Of a DNA stretch of 37,116 bases, positions 11,460-23,483 are shown in pieces. The position numbers and the translations under genes are program-made. The DNA is from a virus: the UHGV virus genome UHGV-0272165; one strand, written 5' to 3'. Within the stretch, counting starts at the first letter, position 1. Each line of letters begins with the position of its first letter. The notes below the pieces were generated by a model, which was not told the DNA's origin, ran no database searches, and saw only the letters and a program-made list of their open reading frames with translations.

Positions 11460-13625
11460 TTATTGAGGTGTCTCGGCTACTCCGCCGGAGGGGATTTGAA
11501 CTTGACGCATAAGATTCGCGAAATCCATGCGTTGTGAATGAGTCTGGTCTGCATCTTTAAGAAGCAGCTCAGCGTTAGCACGAGCATCTTTGCTGCGCTG
11601 TTGCTGGAATTGACCTACGAGCTTGAGGTACTCACGCAGTTCTGCCTGCTTGTCGAGGTCCATATTGTTGAAGATTTCTGCAATCTTCGCGGCGTTGAGT
11701 TGGTTTTGGGCTTCAACCTTGGCAGCTTCAACCTGAATCTGCGCCTGTTGGTTCTCTGCCTTGAGCAATTCAGCCTGACCTTGCAGAAGGATACCCTGCG
11801 CCTGAATTTGCTCTGCTGATGGCTGCTGCGGCTGCTGTTGAGCCTGCTGTACCATCTCCATCTCTTCAGGTGTTTCTGGTTTCTTCAGCCCCATCATCAC
11901 CAGTTGCTTGTTCGCGTACTCCCGCATCATCTCTACGCCTTTACCGTCAAGCAGCGTGAAGTATTGCAGCATCAGCATCTGGAACTCTGGAGTACCTTGC
12001 GGAACCTTGGTGAGTAACTCCTGAATCTCTGCGCGGTTCTGTTCCTTCATGCTCTGGAAGGATGGCCCAACGTCCGTATAGCACTCATAGCGACCGCGAA
12101 TGTCGTTGAGTGTGACCACATTGCCGGACTGGTAATCTACAACTTGCGCGTAGAGTTGAACGTCTTTCTCGCTTCCGTCTTCAAGAGTCAGCGTTACATG
12201 GCGAGGAACGTCATAAATATCGTTGACCATTGAGGCATAAATCTCGCCATCACGTCGCATTGCGGTAGCCAGGTTATCCTGAAACACGTATGTCTCAAGG
12301 TCTGCCCGCATGTTCAGTTGATTGACGGTATCGAAAGCGACCTGACCATTTGCCGCCTGCGCATCAACGCCAAGACTAGCCACCTCTTTCACTGCGTTGG
12401 TGGCTGCCTCAAGCATGTAAGCGTTGGCTTGCGGCACTTCAGGGTTTTCCATGTAGGAGATTGGACCAATCGGCAGGTCGTTACCGTTTTCATCGGTCCT
12501 GTTCTGCAGATAGTACGGATAGTCATCATTTCCACCGTACATGTATTCGTAGCCTTCGATCTGCTCAGGGAAGAAGGTCGGTTTCTTCTTCGGTGAACGA
12601 GCAACAATATCGGCGTTGAACGACATGATCATGTTACGAAGGCGTTGACCGTCTTTCGTCAGCCTTACCACTCCTTCGTAGCACTCCTTGTCACCAGCGA
12701 ATGACCATTCGCCGTACACAGGAACGATTGGGATATGCTCTCCAGCTATCTTCTCGCGGTCTTTCAGTATCTGCGTGCAGGTGATGATCGACTTATACAC
12801 ACGCCGACGCTTCACCTTGCGCTCTGCTACCTTAATGAATCCACGATTAGCCAGGTCGTCGATGACGTCTTTGATATCCTGCTGGTAATAGCTGACCGGC
12901 TCACCTGTCAGCGGGTCGCGGTAGATGAAGACTTTCTCTTTCTTCTCTTCTACCTCGTAATACTCAGCGACGTAGACGACATCATTCGATACCCACGGAA
13001 ACAGCCATGTGTCGTTCGGATTCTGGAAAGATGGCAGGGTGTCAGGATCAATACCGTAATCCTCTGCGAACTCTTTCCAGCCATTGCGTGACAAAGCGTT
13101 AATCACCGTGCAGTGCTTAGCGTCGCTCTTATCCATCTGCTTGCTGTTGGCGTCCCATATGACGTGTGAGCAGGCTTCATGGATTGGCAGGCGTCTGATT
13201 ACCTGATTGTTGCTTGTTGGGTCGTTGTCTTCGTACTGTGTGACCAGACGCCATGCACCAACGCCTGACTCTATCTGCTCACGAACGCCAACGTTAACGG
13301 CAATTTTTGCCGTGTTATGGCGCATATCAGTACGATACATCCCCATCAACACATCGGCTGCATCAGGATTAGCGCCGTCTTTTGGTCTGAATAGAACGTC
13401 GATAGGGTTCCGTCGCATCTCTGCGACCAGTTTCCTGACAACCGGGCGGACAACATCGAATTGTCCGCGATATTGCAGGGTGGTGTAGTTTGATAGCCAG
13501 TCATCCCATTGCGACACTCGGCTAAAATACAGGTCATTTGTCGCCTCGGTTCTGGCTTCATCGCTCGCCATCCAGTCTGCGTCAAACTTACACAGAATGG
13601 AATTGAGTCTGTTTTCGTCGGCCAT
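11460..13625 (-). CDS. Portal protein (P22 gp1-like)
   Basis: 721-aa ORF with Gln-rich coiled-coil C-terminal barrel region; between large terminase and scaffold. Confidence 0.9.
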   Translation of the reverse strand: MADENRLNSILCKFDADWMASDEARTEATNDLYFSRVSQWDDWLSNYTTLQYRGQFDVVRPVVRKLVAEMRRNPIDVLFRPKDGANPDAADVLMGMYRTDMRHNTAKIAVNVGVREQIESGVGAWRLVTQYEDNDPTSNNQVIRRLPIHEACSHVIWDANSKQMDKSDAKHCTVINALSRNGWKEFAEDYGIDPDTLPSFQNPNDTWLFPWVSNDVVYVAEYYEVEEKKEKVFIYRDPLTGEPVSYYQQDIKDVIDDLANRGFIKVAERKVKRRRVYKSIITCTQILKDREKIAGEHIPIVPVYGEWSFAGDKECYEGVVRLTKDGQRLRNMIMSFNADIVARSPKKKPTFFPEQIEGYEYMYGGNDDYPYYLQNRTDENGNDLPIGPISYMENPEVPQANAYMLEAATNAVKEVASLGVDAQAANGQVAFDTVNQLNMRADLETYVFQDNLATAMRRDGEIYASMVNDIYDVPRHVTLTLEDGSEKDVQLYAQVVDYQSGNVVTLNDIRGRYECYTDVGPSFQSMKEQNRAEIQELLTKVPQGTPEFQMLMLQYFTLLDGKGVEMMREYANKQLVMMGLKKPETPEEMEMVQQAQQQPQQPSAEQIQAQGILLQGQAELLKAENQQAQIQVEAAKVEAQNQLNAAKIAEIFNNMDLDKQAELREYLKLVGQFQQQRSKDARANAELLLKDADQTHSQRMDFANLMRQVQIPSGGVAETPQ

Positions 13626-15125
13626 TTAAGTTCTCCGTGCGATGGGCCTGATTGGGGCTGGTATCTTTTTCTCTTTTGGTTTTTTGATGTCGCGCATCAT
13701 TTTGGCGAAGCGGCGCATCATGTATGCATAGCGAACGGCGGAGAGCACGTCGTCGTTAAGCTTGACGATTTTCCCGTTTTCATCACGGTGATAGAGGCGA
13801 AACTCCTCAAAGAATGGCTCACAGGTGTTGAATACTTTGAAGCGACCATCAAGCATCATGTCGCGCAATTCAGTGATGCCAGGCTCAACAGCATTACCGC
13901 CATCAGGCCATGTCGCATGCTCCTGCAACATCATAAAACCAGCTTCCGCGTACTGCCCTTTAAGCTGCTCACCGCCACCCTTCTCGTGCTGGTTTCCGTC
14001 ATGAGGCCATGCGGTTGGCACTTTATGCGCCCATGATTTAACTGCTCCCCACGCCTGAACGGCTGTCTTTTCTTTCGCCTTCCACACGCGTGAAACGTAG
14101 ATTGTGTCTGCGTCCTTATCCCACCAAAGCTGAACCTGCGCCTGCGGGTGATCCCATCCGAAATCCATACCGCCAATTACGTAGAAGTGATCAGGACACT
14201 CGAACGGCTGACACTTAATCGTCTCTTCCGGTATCTGGAAGATTCGACCACTACCCATCGTAGGAATACCGCGAGCTCGAGCCTCTCTCTCATGCTCTGG
14301 ATAGGATGCGATGATTTGCTCTTTCTGCTCGTCGGTATAGTGCTCAGCGTCATAGATGGTCATGTTGACCACTTTCTGCGACTTGCTGGGATTCTTCAGG
14401 AACTTGGTAACAACGTCAGACATCCCCATCAGCGGGGTAAACGTCAGGATTGAGAATTGCCCGTATTTGTTGGTACGGGTAAGCCCTTCGCCATAAATGC
14501 TGTATGGTGGTTCTTCGTCAAACCACACTCCGTGGATTGTGTCACCCTGCCAGCGAGCACGACCTTGCGAGTATGGCTTGAAGTAGCAGATTGAAATGCC
14601 ATCTTCAACGCCATCAGCCGTGTGATGCTTAACCAGAAGGTGATCAACAAGGTTCGGAAAGAAAGGAGACTTCTTCCAGCTAATGATGTCCTCTTTCGGT
14701 ATTGAACCGTAGCCCGGTTCATCATTCTCTTCAATACGACCGCACAGGATGCGTTGAGTCGTTTTGGTTACAGTCTCGTTTGTCTCTCCACCAATCCAGA
14801 AGACAACAGGCTCATAGAAACGCTTACCTTTCCACTCCCCGCCATATTTACCATCAGCCGGATATCCTTTTGTTCCCGGATAACGTCCGGTAAGGTGAAA
14901 CGCGACTTCAGCAGCACCAGTAAATGACTTACCAAGCTGGTTACCAGCCATAAAACATCGCTCTGGATAGTCATGCCCGGCGTCTATGAACTCACGCTGT
15001 TTGCTGTATGGCGTAAATTCATATAGCAGGTGTGTGTTCCGGTAGTTCTCTTCTTCTTCGAGTAGCTCGAGCAATTCTATTTGCTCTTCGTCGCTCAGGT
15101 TATCAAGAATCGCGTCCAGTTCCAC
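13626..15125 (-). CDS. Terminase large subunit (P22 gp2-like)
   Basis: 499-aa ORF immediately downstream of the small terminase and upstream of portal. Confidence 0.85.
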   Translation of the reverse strand: MELDAILDNLSDEEQIELLELLEEEENYRNTHLLYEFTPYSKQREFIDAGHDYPERCFMAGNQLGKSFTGAAEVAFHLTGRYPGTKGYPADGKYGGEWKGKRFYEPVVFWIGGETNETVTKTTQRILCGRIEENDEPGYGSIPKEDIISWKKSPFFPNLVDHLLVKHHTADGVEDGISICYFKPYSQGRARWQGDTIHGVWFDEEPPYSIYGEGLTRTNKYGQFSILTFTPLMGMSDVVTKFLKNPSKSQKVVNMTIYDAEHYTDEQKEQIIASYPEHEREARARGIPTMGSGRIFQIPEETIKCQPFECPDHFYVIGGMDFGWDHPQAQVQLWWDKDADTIYVSRVWKAKEKTAVQAWGAVKSWAHKVPTAWPHDGNQHEKGGGEQLKGQYAEAGFMMLQEHATWPDGGNAVEPGITELRDMMLDGRFKVFNTCEPFFEEFRLYHRDENGKIVKLNDDVLSAVRYAYMMRRFAKMMRDIKKPKEKKIPAPIRPIARRT

Positions 15126-15597
15126 GGTTGAATAGCTCCTTGATACGAGAGCGCCGCTTATCGCGATCTCCCTTATCAGGTGTCACGTCTTCAACTTGCG
15201 ACTGCTCTTTGAGGCCCAAATCACGGGCAATGATGTTAGCGTTGAGAAGGTCAGCGGCTGCGCCAGAGAATTTCTGGTCGTAGATGATGTCTTCCGCTCG
15301 TGATGTGACGTCAGAAAAACCTTCCATTGACCGGAAGGTTCCCCATGTTTGCCTGGTGATATCAAGGAAGGTACACAATCCTGAAATAGTCATGGCTCGC
15401 ATCTTAGGGACATTAGCCTTAATTATTTCTCCCTGATATGAAAATACCTTACCCTCCCATAGTGGGTTATCATCAGCCCACTCGAAGTATTCACAACAAG
15501 CAGCCCACAGCGCCTCAGGCGATTCGAATTTAGGGTTTCGCCCATGACTACTGCGGGCCTCCCAAAATCGGTTGCCCTTTGGTGCTGCCATATTCAT
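15103..15597 (-). CDS. Terminase small subunit (P22 gp3-like)
   Basis: N-terminus [38 protein letters not shown] matches remembered P22 gp3; true start may be the third codon (15591). Confidence 0.8.
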   Translation of the reverse strand: MNMAAPKGNRFWEARSSHGRNPKFESPEALWAACCEYFEWADDNPLWEGKVFSYQGEIIKANVPKMRAMTISGLCTFLDITRQTWGTFRSMEGFSDVTSRAEDIIYDQKFSGAAADLLNANIIARDLGLKEQSQVEDVTPDKGDRDKRRSRIKELFNRGTGRDS

Positions 15598-15614
15598 CTC
15601 ACTTAATCGTTATT

Positions 15615-15794
15615 TCAGGTTGATGACTCTTTCGCGCCTTCAATCAGTGACTGCTTCAGCAATTCGAGTGTGCCAATCGCCTCGCATAAACTGATTTCAC
15701 CATCATAATCATGAATAACGCTTTCAAGCCGCTCGTATAGCTCTTGAGTAATTGGGAATTTCTTCTCCTTACCCAAATTGATTACGCGGCTCAC
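15615..15794 (-). CDS. Possible small ORF (59 aa, GTG start) not in the supplied track
   Basis: Open frame from GTG at 15794 to TGA at 15615, found by hand translation; weak SD. Could be a frameshifted continuation of the upstream 80-aa ORF. Confidence 0.25.
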   Translation of the reverse strand: MSRVINLGKEKKFPITQELYERLESVIHDYDGEISLCEAIGTLELLKQSLIEGAKESST

Positions 15795-15795
15795 A

Positions 15796-16038
15796 TCATG
15801 CTCCGGTGGTGAACAGGTCTAACGCTTCCTTCGATTTACGCACCGCTTCGATAGTGCGGGTCGTGATATCCGAATTAGCGCCGCCTGACTGGAAGTGAAT
15901 TTTGAATAGCTCAAGCTTCAGCTCGTCAGTGCCAATGAATTGAAATGCTTCTTCTGCGGCTGCGTTCTGGTTCATGACCAGCTTGTAAATCTCTAACTGG
16001 AATTTCTGTTCTTCAGTCATGGGAATAATCTCTGCCAT
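15796..16038 (-). CDS. Hypothetical small protein (80 aa)
   Basis: ORF with SD-like ACGGAG 7 nt upstream of ATG; precedes the packaging genes. Confidence 0.5.
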   Translation of the reverse strand: MAEIIPMTEEQKFQLEIYKLVMNQNAAAEEAFQFIGTDELKLELFKIHFQSGGANSDITTRTIEAVRKSKEALDLFTTGA

Positions 16039-16205
16039 TGTTGGCTCCGTTTATCCGTTAAAAGGGATATCAGTTAAGTTATCCCGTGTAGGGTATAAGC
16101 CATTATCAAAGCCACTCAGTAAGGAATGGCTTTTGTAATGGCAATAAAAAGCCACGCATATGCGGGCTTGTTGGGTTAATACATCATTGAAAATTTATCT
16201 TTTGA

Positions 16206-16937
16206 TTAATCATTTCGTGTCAAAATCGCATCAATCACTGGCTGAATAGGAAACCCGATGCCAATGCCTGGATTTGCATTAGACTCTAATAATTTTACTA
16301 TAGTGGCTAGTGACTCAGCATAGAGTGAATTAATCCTAGCAAAGTCAACACCACCAAACCTCACATTCACTTGCATATTAGCCAACTCCCTCAAGAGATC
16401 TTTGGCCTGATCAGCAATGGCGTCGGCTTCATCTTTGCCAGGGTATCTTCTCTGCGTGACGATACCCACCACATTCCCAGTTTCAAGATTAACGATAGGG
16501 CCGCCAGAATTACCACCATTTACCATCCCATCGATAGAAAATTTTCCATCTTCAAGCGGCGAAGAGACTATTGCTTCGCCTATTAATAATTGAGGAAAAC
16601 CGTGAGGATACCCAGCAAAAATCAATCGTAATCCCCTGGAAGGGGTGAAATTGGTACAAGGTTGCAATACTACTCTGTCGGGAGGTAATGATTCTGAAAT
16701 GCGCATGACAGCAAAATCATATTGAATATCAACATGAATAATCTGGGCCAAAATATTCTGTCCAGATTCAGTTATTAGAGTGGCCGGGCCAAGTATCCGG
16801 CTATTTTGCAGATCAACCAAGGGTTTTACAACGTGAAAGTTTGTGATCACCAAATCCTCTCGTAAAAAACTAAAACCACTTCCGCAAGATGTACCTGCAA
16901 TGACCTGAAATGTTGCATTGGCTAAGTGTTGATGCAT
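16206..16937 (-). CDS. Trypsin-like (S1 family) serine protease, cytoplasmic, no signal peptide
   Basis: His (ITNFHVV), Asp (DFAVMRI) and Ser (GGNSGGPIV) motifs in S1 order; strong SD (GGAGG 7 nt upstream); lower GC than flanking phage genes. Confidence 0.8.
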   Translation of the reverse strand: MHQHLANATFQVIAGTSCGSGFSFLREDLVITNFHVVKPLVDLQNSRILGPATLITESGQNILAQIIHVDIQYDFAVMRISESLPPDRVVLQPCTNFTPSRGLRLIFAGYPHGFPQLLIGEAIVSSPLEDGKFSIDGMVNGGNSGGPIVNLETGNVVGIVTQRRYPGKDEADAIADQAKDLLRELANMQVNVRFGGVDFARINSLYAESLATIVKLLESNANPGIGIGFPIQPVIDAILTRND

Positions 16938-16994
16938 CGTAATCCTCCGATTCTGGTAAGTGGAATTTCATAATGAACTCATATCCCAGAATAA

Positions 16995-17011
16995 TTGATA
17001 TGTCACATCAA
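16995..17011. promoter_or_regulatory. Operator-like palindrome in the protease upstream region
   Basis: TTGAT-N7-ATCAA inverted repeat (TTGATATGTCACATCAA) in the 98-bp spacer between the 64-aa ORF and the protease gene. Confidence 0.35.
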
Positions 17012-17035
17012 TTCACGCTCGAAATATTCAATACA

Positions 17036-17488
<453 letters not shown>

Positions 17489-17789
17489 TAAGGCAGGAGG
17501 TTCATCTTTCAGTGGCTGCCAGTGTTATTTCCCCACTTACTGGCTTGGGTTGTTTCGCTGTACTGCCGTTAATTGGTGACCAGAAATTAACTCCGGTTTC
17601 ATTATCAAGCCCACCCGTAGATGGGCTTTGTAATGAACTGGCTCTTATCTCAACGCAGCCCCTTACCGCGCGACAGATGCTCAACTTCAAGCATCAGCAA
17701 TGAGACGTTTAATCTGGATTCACTCCAGAAGTGATCACCACCCTGTCTACAGAGCCAGATGTGAAGGATGATGAGTAAAATTATCGCTA

Positions 17790-18257
17790 TCATCGAAGGC
17801 ATTGCGTCCTGATGTATTCCTGAAGCGTTCTCAGTGCTGTTTGGTCGCGGATAATTCCGTCCCGGATATCGAGAACGTTTCGTCCAGCAACTGGAGAGAG
17901 TTCGACGGTGGCATCATTGCCCATGCCGGAGGCGCTGGAGGTTTTGGCTGAGGATGGCACAGGGCATTTTCCTTTGACGAGCACCCTGCCACCATTATCA
18001 AGCTTGCGCCGAAGAGCATCATTTTCAGCTTTCGCATCAGCTAACTCCTTCGTGTATTTAGCATCGAGTGCATCAGCATCACGCTGGCGCTGTTGCATGT
18101 CAGTAATGGTGGCGTTCGCCTTCTCCAGTTCACTGGCCTTGTTATCGCGCTGTTCTTTGTAGGCGATTGCATTATCACGGTAATGATTAACAGCCCATGA
18201 CAGGCAGACGATGATGCAGATAACCAGAGCGGAGATAATCGCGGTTACTCTGCTCAT
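17790..18257 (-). CDS. Rz: i-spanin Rz
   Basis: N-terminal half near-identical to remembered lambda Rz; overlaps the R stop. Confidence 0.9.
   Translation of the reverse strand: MSRVTAIISALVICIIVCLSWAVNHYRDNAIAYKEQRDNKASELEKANATITDMQQRQRDADALDAKYTKELADAKAENDALRRKLDNGGRVLVKGKCPVPSSAKTSSASGMGNDATVELSPVAGRNVLDIRDGIIRDQTALRTLQEYIRTQCLR
17831..18037 (-). CDS. Rz1: o-spanin Rz1 lipoprotein embedded in Rz (+1 frame)
   Basis: Entirely within Rz; lipobox (VAGC) and Pro-rich segment ([11 protein letters not shown]) like lambda Rz1. Confidence 0.75.
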   Translation of the reverse strand: MRKLKMMLFGASLIMVAGCSSKENALCHPQPKPPAPPAWAMMPPSNSLQLLDETFSISGTELSATKQH

Positions 18258-18730
18258 ACCTCAATCTCTCTGACCGTTCCGCCAGCCTCTTTGAATTTTG
18301 CAATCAGACTGTCAGCCTTATGCTCGAACTGACCATAACCAGCGCCCGGCAGTGAAGCCCATATATTGCTGCAACGGTCGATAGCCTGACGGATATCACC
18401 GCGATCAATCATCGGCAAAGCGCCACGCTCCTTAATCTGCTGCAATGCAACAGCATCCTGACTTTTCGGAGAGAAGTCTTTCAGGCCAAGCTGCTTACGG
18501 TAGGCGTCCCACCAACGGGAAAGAAGCTGGTAACGTCCGGCTGCTGTTGATTTGAGTTTTGGGTTTAGCGTGACAAGTTTGCGAGGGTGATCGGAGTAAT
18601 CAGTAAATAGCTCTCCGCCTACAATGACGTCATAACCATGATTTCTGGTTTTCTGCCGTCCGTTATCCGTTCCTTCTGACCACGCCAGCATATCGAGGAA
18701 CGCCTTACGTTGATTATTGATTTCCACCAT
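18254..18730 (-). CDS. R: Endolysin (lambda R-type lytic transglycosylase)
   Basis: 158 aa, [49 protein letters not shown]... essentially lambda R. Confidence 0.95.
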   Translation of the reverse strand: MVEINNQRKAFLDMLAWSEGTDNGRQKTRNHGYDVIVGGELFTDYSDHPRKLVTLNPKLKSTAAGRYQLLSRWWDAYRKQLGLKDFSPKSQDAVALQQIKERGALPMIDRGDIRQAIDRCSNIWASLPGAGYGQFEHKADSLIAKFKEAGGTVREIEV

Positions 18731-19037
18731 CTTCTACTCCGGCTTTTTTAGCAGCGAAGCGTTTGATAAGCGAACCAATCGAGTCAGTACCGATGTAGCC
18801 GATGAACACGCTCGTAATATAAGCGAGATTGCTACTTAGTCCGGCGAAGTCGAGAAGGTCACGAATGAACCAGGCGATAATGGCGCACATCGTTGCGTCG
18901 ATTACTGTTTTTGTAAACGCACCGCCATTATATCTGCCGCGAAGGTACGCCATTGCAAACGCAAGGATTGCCCCGATGCCTTGCTCCTTTGCCGCGAGAA
19001 TGGCGGCTAACAGGTCATGTTTTTCTGGCATCTTCAT
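18714..19037 (-). CDS. S: Holin (lambda S-type)
   Basis: 107 aa, [41 protein letters not shown]... essentially lambda S, with dual-start Met-Lys-Met. Confidence 0.95.
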   Translation of the reverse strand: MKMPEKHDLLAAILAAKEQGIGAILAFAMAYLRGRYNGGAFTKTVIDATMCAIIAWFIRDLLDFAGLSSNLAYITSVFIGYIGTDSIGSLIKRFAAKKAGVEDGGNQ

Positions 19038-19279
19038 GTCTTACCCCCAATAAGGGGATTTGCTCTATTTAATTAGGAATAAGGTCGATTACTGATAGAA
19101 CAAATCCAGGCTACTGTGTTTAGTAATCAGATTTGTTCGTGACCGATATGCACGGGCAAAACGGCAGGAGGTTGTTAGCGCAGCCTCTTGCCACCCGCTT
19201 TCACGAAGGTCATGTGTAGAAGGCCGCAGCGTAACTATCACTGATGAGTTCAGGATAGCCAGTGGCTACGGCTCAGTTA

Positions 19280-19355
19280 TGGTGCTGGTTAACGGACTTG
19301 AACCGCTACCCATTCGCTTACAAGGCGACTGCTCTACCATTGGAGCTAAACCAGC
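19280..19355 (-). tRNA. tRNA-Thr (anticodon UGU)
   Basis: Hand-folded 76-nt cloverleaf: 7-bp acceptor stem GCTGGTT/AACCAGC, D-arm GCTC/GAGC, anticodon loop CUUGUAA, T-arm AGCGG-TTCAAGT-CCGTT, encoded CCA. Confidence 0.7.
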
Positions 19356-19360
19356 ATATT

Positions 19361-19435
19361 TGGCGGGACAGCGTGGACTCGAACCACGATAAGAAGGTTA
19401 ACAGCCTTCCGTAATGACCTTTATACGACTGACCC
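19361..19435 (-). tRNA. tRNA-Asn (anticodon GUU), possibly slightly degenerate
   Basis: Hand-folded 75 nt: anticodon stem GAAGG/CCTTC, loop CUGUUAA, T-arm CGTGG-TTCGAGT-CCACG, encoded CCA; acceptor stem has one U-U mismatch and the D-stem is only 3 bp. Confidence 0.55.
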
Positions 19436-19500
19436 AAATAAAAAATCCCGAAACCGTTGTGCAGGCTCTAACTATTACCTGCGAACTGTTTCGGGATTGC
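19436..19500 (-). terminator. tR'-like intrinsic terminator of the late leader
   Basis: AATCCCGAAAC ... GTTTCGGGATT stem followed by TTTTTTATTT on the minus strand; matches remembered lambda tR'. Confidence 0.6.
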
Positions 19501-19638
19501 ATTTTGCAGACCTCTCAGCCTGCGATGGTTGGAGTTCCAGACGATACGTCGAAGTGACCAACTAGGCGGAATCGGTAGTAAGCGCCGCCTCTTTTCATCT
19601 CAATACCACAACGAGCGAATTAACCCATCGTTGGGTCA

Positions 19639-19667
19639 AATTTACCCAACTTTATTCAAAAAGTCAA
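19639..19667 (-). promoter_or_regulatory. pR'-like late promoter (start of the Q-antiterminated transcript)
   Basis: Minus-strand TTGACT-17 nt-TAAATT just downstream of Q; context matches remembered lambda pR'. Confidence 0.5.
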
Positions 19668-19709
19668 TATTATGCCGTTAATATGTTGCCATCCGTGGCA
19701 ATCATGCTG

Positions 19710-20333
19710 TTAACGTGTGACCGCATTCAAAATGTTGTCTGCGATTGACTCTTCTTTGTGGCATTGCACCACCAGAGCGTCATACAGCGGCTTAACAGTG
19801 CGTGACCAGGTGGGTTGGGTAAGATTTGGGATTAGCATCGTCACAGCGCGATATGCGGCGCTTGCTGGCATCCTTGAATAGCCGACACCTTTGCATCTTC
19901 CGCATTCTTTCTCAACAACTCTCCCCCACTGCTCTGTTTTTGCTATATCAACCGCACGGCCTGTACCGTGACAATCTCTGCATCTTGCGCCCGGCGTCGC
20001 GGCACTACGGCAATAATCCGCATAAGCGAATGTTGCGAGCACTTGCAGTACCTTTGCCTTAGTATTTCCTTCGAGCTTTGCCACACCACGGTATTTCCCC
20101 GATACCTTGTGTGCAAATTGCATCAGATAGTTGATAGCCTTTTGTTTGTCGTTCTGGCTGAGTTCATGCTTACCGCAGAATGCAGCCATACCGAATCCGG
20201 CTTGTGATTGCGCCATCCCCATAGCAGCCATCACATCAGTACCGGAAAGAGAGTCAGAAGCCGTGGCCCGTGGTGAGTCACTCATCATCGGGCTTTTTGG
20301 CGAATGAAATTTAGCTACGCTTTCGAGTCTCAT
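19710..20333 (-). CDS. Q: Late antiterminator Q (lambda-type)
   Basis: 207 aa; [89 protein letters not shown]... matches remembered lambda Q. Confidence 0.95.
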   Translation of the reverse strand: MRLESVAKFHSPKSPMMSDSPRATASDSLSGTDVMAAMGMAQSQAGFGMAAFCGKHELSQNDKQKAINYLMQFAHKVSGKYRGVAKLEGNTKAKVLQVLATFAYADYCRSAATPGARCRDCHGTGRAVDIAKTEQWGRVVEKECGRCKGVGYSRMPASAAYRAVTMLIPNLTQPTWSRTVKPLYDALVVQCHKEESIADNILNAVTR

Positions 20334-20995
20334 GCGCCTTCTCCCTGTACCTGAATCAATGTGAGGTTTCCGCAGAACACTGCGCCGGTATCGATATACA
20401 TCTGGTTGGCAAATTTGAGCGGTTTCACAGCTGGCGTATGACCAAAGATGAACGTGTCAGCTCCTTTGATTTCTTTCACGATCCCGTCTTGTGAGTTGCT
20501 GATTCGTTCGCGGTTCCAGATTACCTGCTGATGATCAACTGGCTTTCCAAACTCGTATTCGTCACAAGGATAATCGGCGTGGCAGATGACATATTTTTTA
20601 CCTTTGCTCACCAGTTCAATGATTAACGGAAGTTCATCTGCTTTATGGGCAAGAGCTTTAGCCAGAATTTCTTTGTCGTAATCGAGATTAAAGAACCAGC
20701 CACCGCCATTAAACAGCCAGTGATTGACGTTTCCACGCTCTGATAAGCCATCAATCATCATTTGCTCATGGTTTCCACGTACAGCTCGGAACCAGGGGAA
20801 TGTGATTAATTCCAGACATTCGACGTTCTCTGTACCGCGATCGACCAAATCGCCAACCGAGATAAGAAGGTCTTTTTTGGTGTCGAATCCTATCGTCTCC
20901 AGTTTTTTCATCAGGTTCGTGTAGCATCCGTGCAGATCGCCAACTACCCAAATATTTCGGTATTTGCTGCCATCAATTCTTTCGTAATAGCGCAT
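20330..20995 (-). CDS. Ser/Thr protein phosphatase (lambda NinI / ORF221-like metallophosphatase)
   Basis: GDLHGCY, GDLVDRG and GNHE metallophosphatase motifs; start taken at MRYYERIDG (221 aa) after the NinH stop. Confidence 0.85.
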   Translation of the reverse strand: MRYYERIDGSKYRNIWVVGDLHGCYTNLMKKLETIGFDTKKDLLISVGDLVDRGTENVECLELITFPWFRAVRGNHEQMMIDGLSERGNVNHWLFNGGGWFFNLDYDKEILAKALAHKADELPLIIELVSKGKKYVICHADYPCDEYEFGKPVDHQQVIWNRERISNSQDGIVKEIKGADTFIFGHTPAVKPLKFANQMYIDTGAVFCGNLTLIQVQGEGA

Positions 20996-21179
20996 CTCTT
21001 TCACTCCATCCGCGATGAACCATGAGAACGTCGTTGACGATGGCGTGCATTTTCCCGTCTTTATCATCAACGTATTTTCTGACCGTACCGCGACTACATT
21101 TCAGTCTGCGTGCTACTTCTGTCTGGTTTCCGTATGCTTCAACGAGCATGTCTGGAATGGTTTTTACTGAGAACGTCAT
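20973..21179 (-). CDS. NinH-like protein
   Basis: 68 aa, [37 protein letters not shown]..., as remembered lambda NinH. Confidence 0.75.
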   Translation of the reverse strand: MTFSVKTIPDMLVEAYGNQTEVARRLKCSRGTVRKYVDDKDGKMHAIVNDVLMVHRGWSERDALLRKN

Positions 21180-21787
21180 GCGGCCTCACTTCTGCTATTT
21201 CGCAGGTCTTTGAGTTTCTGTTGGTACTCTGCCTTGATCGCCTTGCACTCTTCGATAGTCCAGCGATGGCGGTTATGGTTTGATTCGATTTCGTCTACTG
21301 CTTCCTGCCCGATGCGATTAATCAGTTCGACGCGATACGGAACGAGATTTCCGCTTTTGTGCTGGTTGCACACCACGCATTGCTTGTGAATATTGCGTTC
21401 ATCAAATCGGAGTTGAGGTGCCGCAGCAGTTGTCCGGTAATGTCCGGCATCCCACTGAGCAGACGTGAGCGTTCCGCACGAGATACATGGTAAGTCGCGG
21501 TCTCTTTCTCTGATGAAGGCGTTTACAGATTGTTGGGCTTGTTTAATCCAGTAACTGCGGGGCTTTAAGGCGAGTTTTCGAATCTTAAGTTTATCTTTCT
21601 GTTTCTGATCCTCTCGTCGTCGTTTCTTCTCTGCTGCTTTTTCCGCTTTTTCGCGTTCTTTGCTTCGTCGTTCGAGTGCTATCTTGGTTCCACACTCTGG
21701 AGAGCACCACCACTGATTAGCGAATGCAGGGTGAAACCATTCCCGGCATTCATCGTTTTTACATCGTCTTCGCGCTGGTTTAGCCAT
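21176..21787 (-). CDS. NinG (Rap-like recombination-associated protein)
   Basis: 203 aa, Cys-rich (CKNDEC...[17 protein letters not shown]); NinG position. Confidence 0.8.
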   Translation of the reverse strand: MAKPARRRCKNDECREWFHPAFANQWWCSPECGTKIALERRSKEREKAEKAAEKKRRREDQKQKDKLKIRKLALKPRSYWIKQAQQSVNAFIRERDRDLPCISCGTLTSAQWDAGHYRTTAAAPQLRFDERNIHKQCVVCNQHKSGNLVPYRVELINRIGQEAVDEIESNHNRHRWTIEECKAIKAEYQQKLKDLRNSRSEAA

Positions 21788-22056
21788 TATGGTTCGCTCC
21801 AGTAATTCTCAATTGCAGCAGCCATTCTCTGCATCCACTCTGCCAGCTTTAACGCGGCTTCTCTTTCAGAACCACATTTAGGGAAATCCTTCATTTCCAT
21901 GCTGGCCTTATATGTTCTGAATGCCAGGTCTCCGGTAATAACCAGCTCCTGATCAAGCACAGAGCGTTTATTCCGGTGTTGAACGTAATAGACAGATTCA
22001 GTCCGCATTTCTTCTCTGTCTTTTTTGAAGGAAATAAGCTCAGAGAAATCACTCAT
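21787..22056 (-). CDS. Hypothetical nin-region protein (89 aa)
   Basis: ORF with start overlapping the NinF stop; no recognised motif. Confidence 0.45.
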   Translation of the reverse strand: MSDFSELISFKKDREEMRTESVYYVQHRNKRSVLDQELVITGDLAFRTYKASMEMKDFPKCGSEREAALKLAEWMQRMAAAIENYWSEP

Positions 22057-22225
22057 CGTCTTCTTCCTCGTACATTGAGCTATTCGGATCGCTCATCAGT
22101 TCTGCACAGCAGTGCTCACACACGTGAACTTCCAGCACATGCAGCTTCTGACCGCAGTTAGCACACGTTAAAGCTCGCTCGACGCTTTCTTTCTGGTATT
22201 GAAGGGATTGGGATGGGCTAAGCAT
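22049..22225 (-). CDS. NinF-like small Cys-rich protein (58 aa)
   Basis: Hand-translated: [58 protein letters not shown], as remembered lambda NinF; not in the supplied track (<60 aa). Confidence 0.65.
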   Translation of the reverse strand: MLSPSQSLQYQKESVERALTCANCGQKLHVLEVHVCEHCCAELMSDPNSSMYEEEDDE

Positions 22226-22583
22226 TATTGGCGTCCTGCATCATGAGAAAGACAATCATGGCAGCGCGGAGTGGGTTTTCATCTTGAGTCATATGATATG
22301 GGGTACTATCACTGCCAACTTTTCTATGCGCTGCCTTCCATAATCCATTTTCTGGCGCTGGAATAATGCCAATTCTGTTCTCTACGATAATCGGCTCTGC
22401 GTCTGATGGGCTTTTACAGTAATCAACCGTTTTTATTGCATAACCAGTTTCGTCATCCCACTCAACACCAACGATTGATGTTCCCAACTTTGCGATTTCG
22501 CAATCTTCGGGAGCAAATCCACAGCAAATTGCCACTCGCTTGTTAATTTCAAAATCACTTAACTGTGAATAATCCATTGTCAT
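22218..22583 (-). CDS. Hypothetical nin-region protein
   Basis: Start set to the internal Met (MTMDYSQL...) that abuts the NinE stop. Confidence 0.45.
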   Translation of the reverse strand: MTMDYSQLSDFEINKRVAICCGFAPEDCEIAKLGTSIVGVEWDDETGYAIKTVDYCKSPSDAEPIIVENRIGIIPAPENGLWKAAHRKVGSDSTPYHMTQDENPLRAAMIVFLMMQDANNA

Positions 22584-22756
22584 TTCCTCGCACGATGTCT
22601 TAGCCACCGGATATCCCACAGGTGAGCCGTGTAGTTGAAGGTTTTTACGTCAGATTCTTTTGGGATTGGCTTGCGTTTATTTCTGGAGCGTTTCGTTGGA
22701 AGGTATTTGCAGTTTTCGCAGATGATGTCGGTGATACTTCGTCGCTGTCGTCTCAT
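22580..22756 (-). CDS. NinE-like protein
   Basis: From internal Met: [51 protein letters not shown]..., as remembered lambda NinE; ATGA overlap with NinB stop. Confidence 0.65.
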   Translation of the reverse strand: MRRQRRSITDIICENCKYLPTKRSRNKRKPIPKESDVKTFNYTAHLWDIRWLRHRARK

Positions 22757-23163
22757 TCGTACCTCCTGTCGGTAAATCTGACACCCTGACCAATAGCCCA
22801 TGCTGTCGTGTACTCAATCAGACTTGCCATACGCTTTACACTCATCTGCGCGCTACTTTCGCGAATGTTGACGTATTCGCCTTCAAGCCCGGGCAAAACA
22901 TCAGTTTCCTGTTTTGTTGCCACTGCATGACCGCTTATCAACAAAACCTTCCATTGTTCTGGTTTTAACCATTTGCCGCACCATTGAACCTGACGTGCGA
23001 TATCCGCCAGCATCGCGTGAAATTTTGCGTTCTGGTCAAGATTGCGCTTGTAGTCAGTAATGCGGATGGTGACTGGCTTGTCTTTATCGAGTGGTGTTGC
23101 GAGGATGGCGTTGATTGCGGCTTGCTGTTGTTGCTTACTTCGGAGGAAGATTGTTTGCTTCAT
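22753..23163 (-). CDS. NinB (Orf-family recombination mediator)
   Basis: From internal Met [20 protein letters not shown]...; general similarity to lambda NinB (SLDQN/RNLDQN, WHGRW/WCGKW motifs). Confidence 0.8.
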   Translation of the reverse strand: MKQTIFLRSKQQQQAAINAILATPLDKDKPVTIRITDYKRNLDQNAKFHAMLADIARQVQWCGKWLKPEQWKVLLISGHAVATKQETDVLPGLEGEYVNIRESSAQMSVKRMASLIEYTTAWAIGQGVRFTDRRYE

Positions 23164-23165
23164 CG

Positions 23166-23483
23166 TTACTCCTTCACTTTGACTCCAGCAGCGCGAATCC
23201 GTCCTTCGCATTCACTAATTGCGTCGTTATAACCAAATATGACCCCATCCTCGAAATCGGTAGAAAATGCCTCACGCTCTCTTTTTCCAGGACACTCAAT
23301 CTCGATAGCTGCTCGCGATGCCTGCCACGTTTGCCAGTGGCCTTGAACATCGTCCATCACGTATTGACCACCAATATTACCACTGCCAATTTCATGGTGA
23401 TTTTCAGGGTAACGGATAAGGTCTGAGGATTCGCCTCCACGTCGCAACCAACTTTCTTCAAACTGCTTTCTTGATTCGTCCAT
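23166..23483 (-). CDS. Hypothetical protein (105 aa)
   Basis: Start at internal Met preceded by GAGGA and overlapping the upstream stop; the longer ORF would overlap the 66-aa gene. Confidence 0.45.
   Translation of the reverse strand: MDESRKQFEESWLRRGGESSDLIRYPENHHEIGSGNIGGQYVMDDVQGHWQTWQASRAAIEIECPGKREREAFSTDFEDGVIFGYNDAISECEGRIRAAGVKVKE

Noticed and set aside
16206-16937. Serine protease as a prohead maturation protease
   Set aside because: P22-like heads assemble with a scaffold and no protease, the gene is outside the head module, and the fold is trypsin-like rather than a capsid-protease family.
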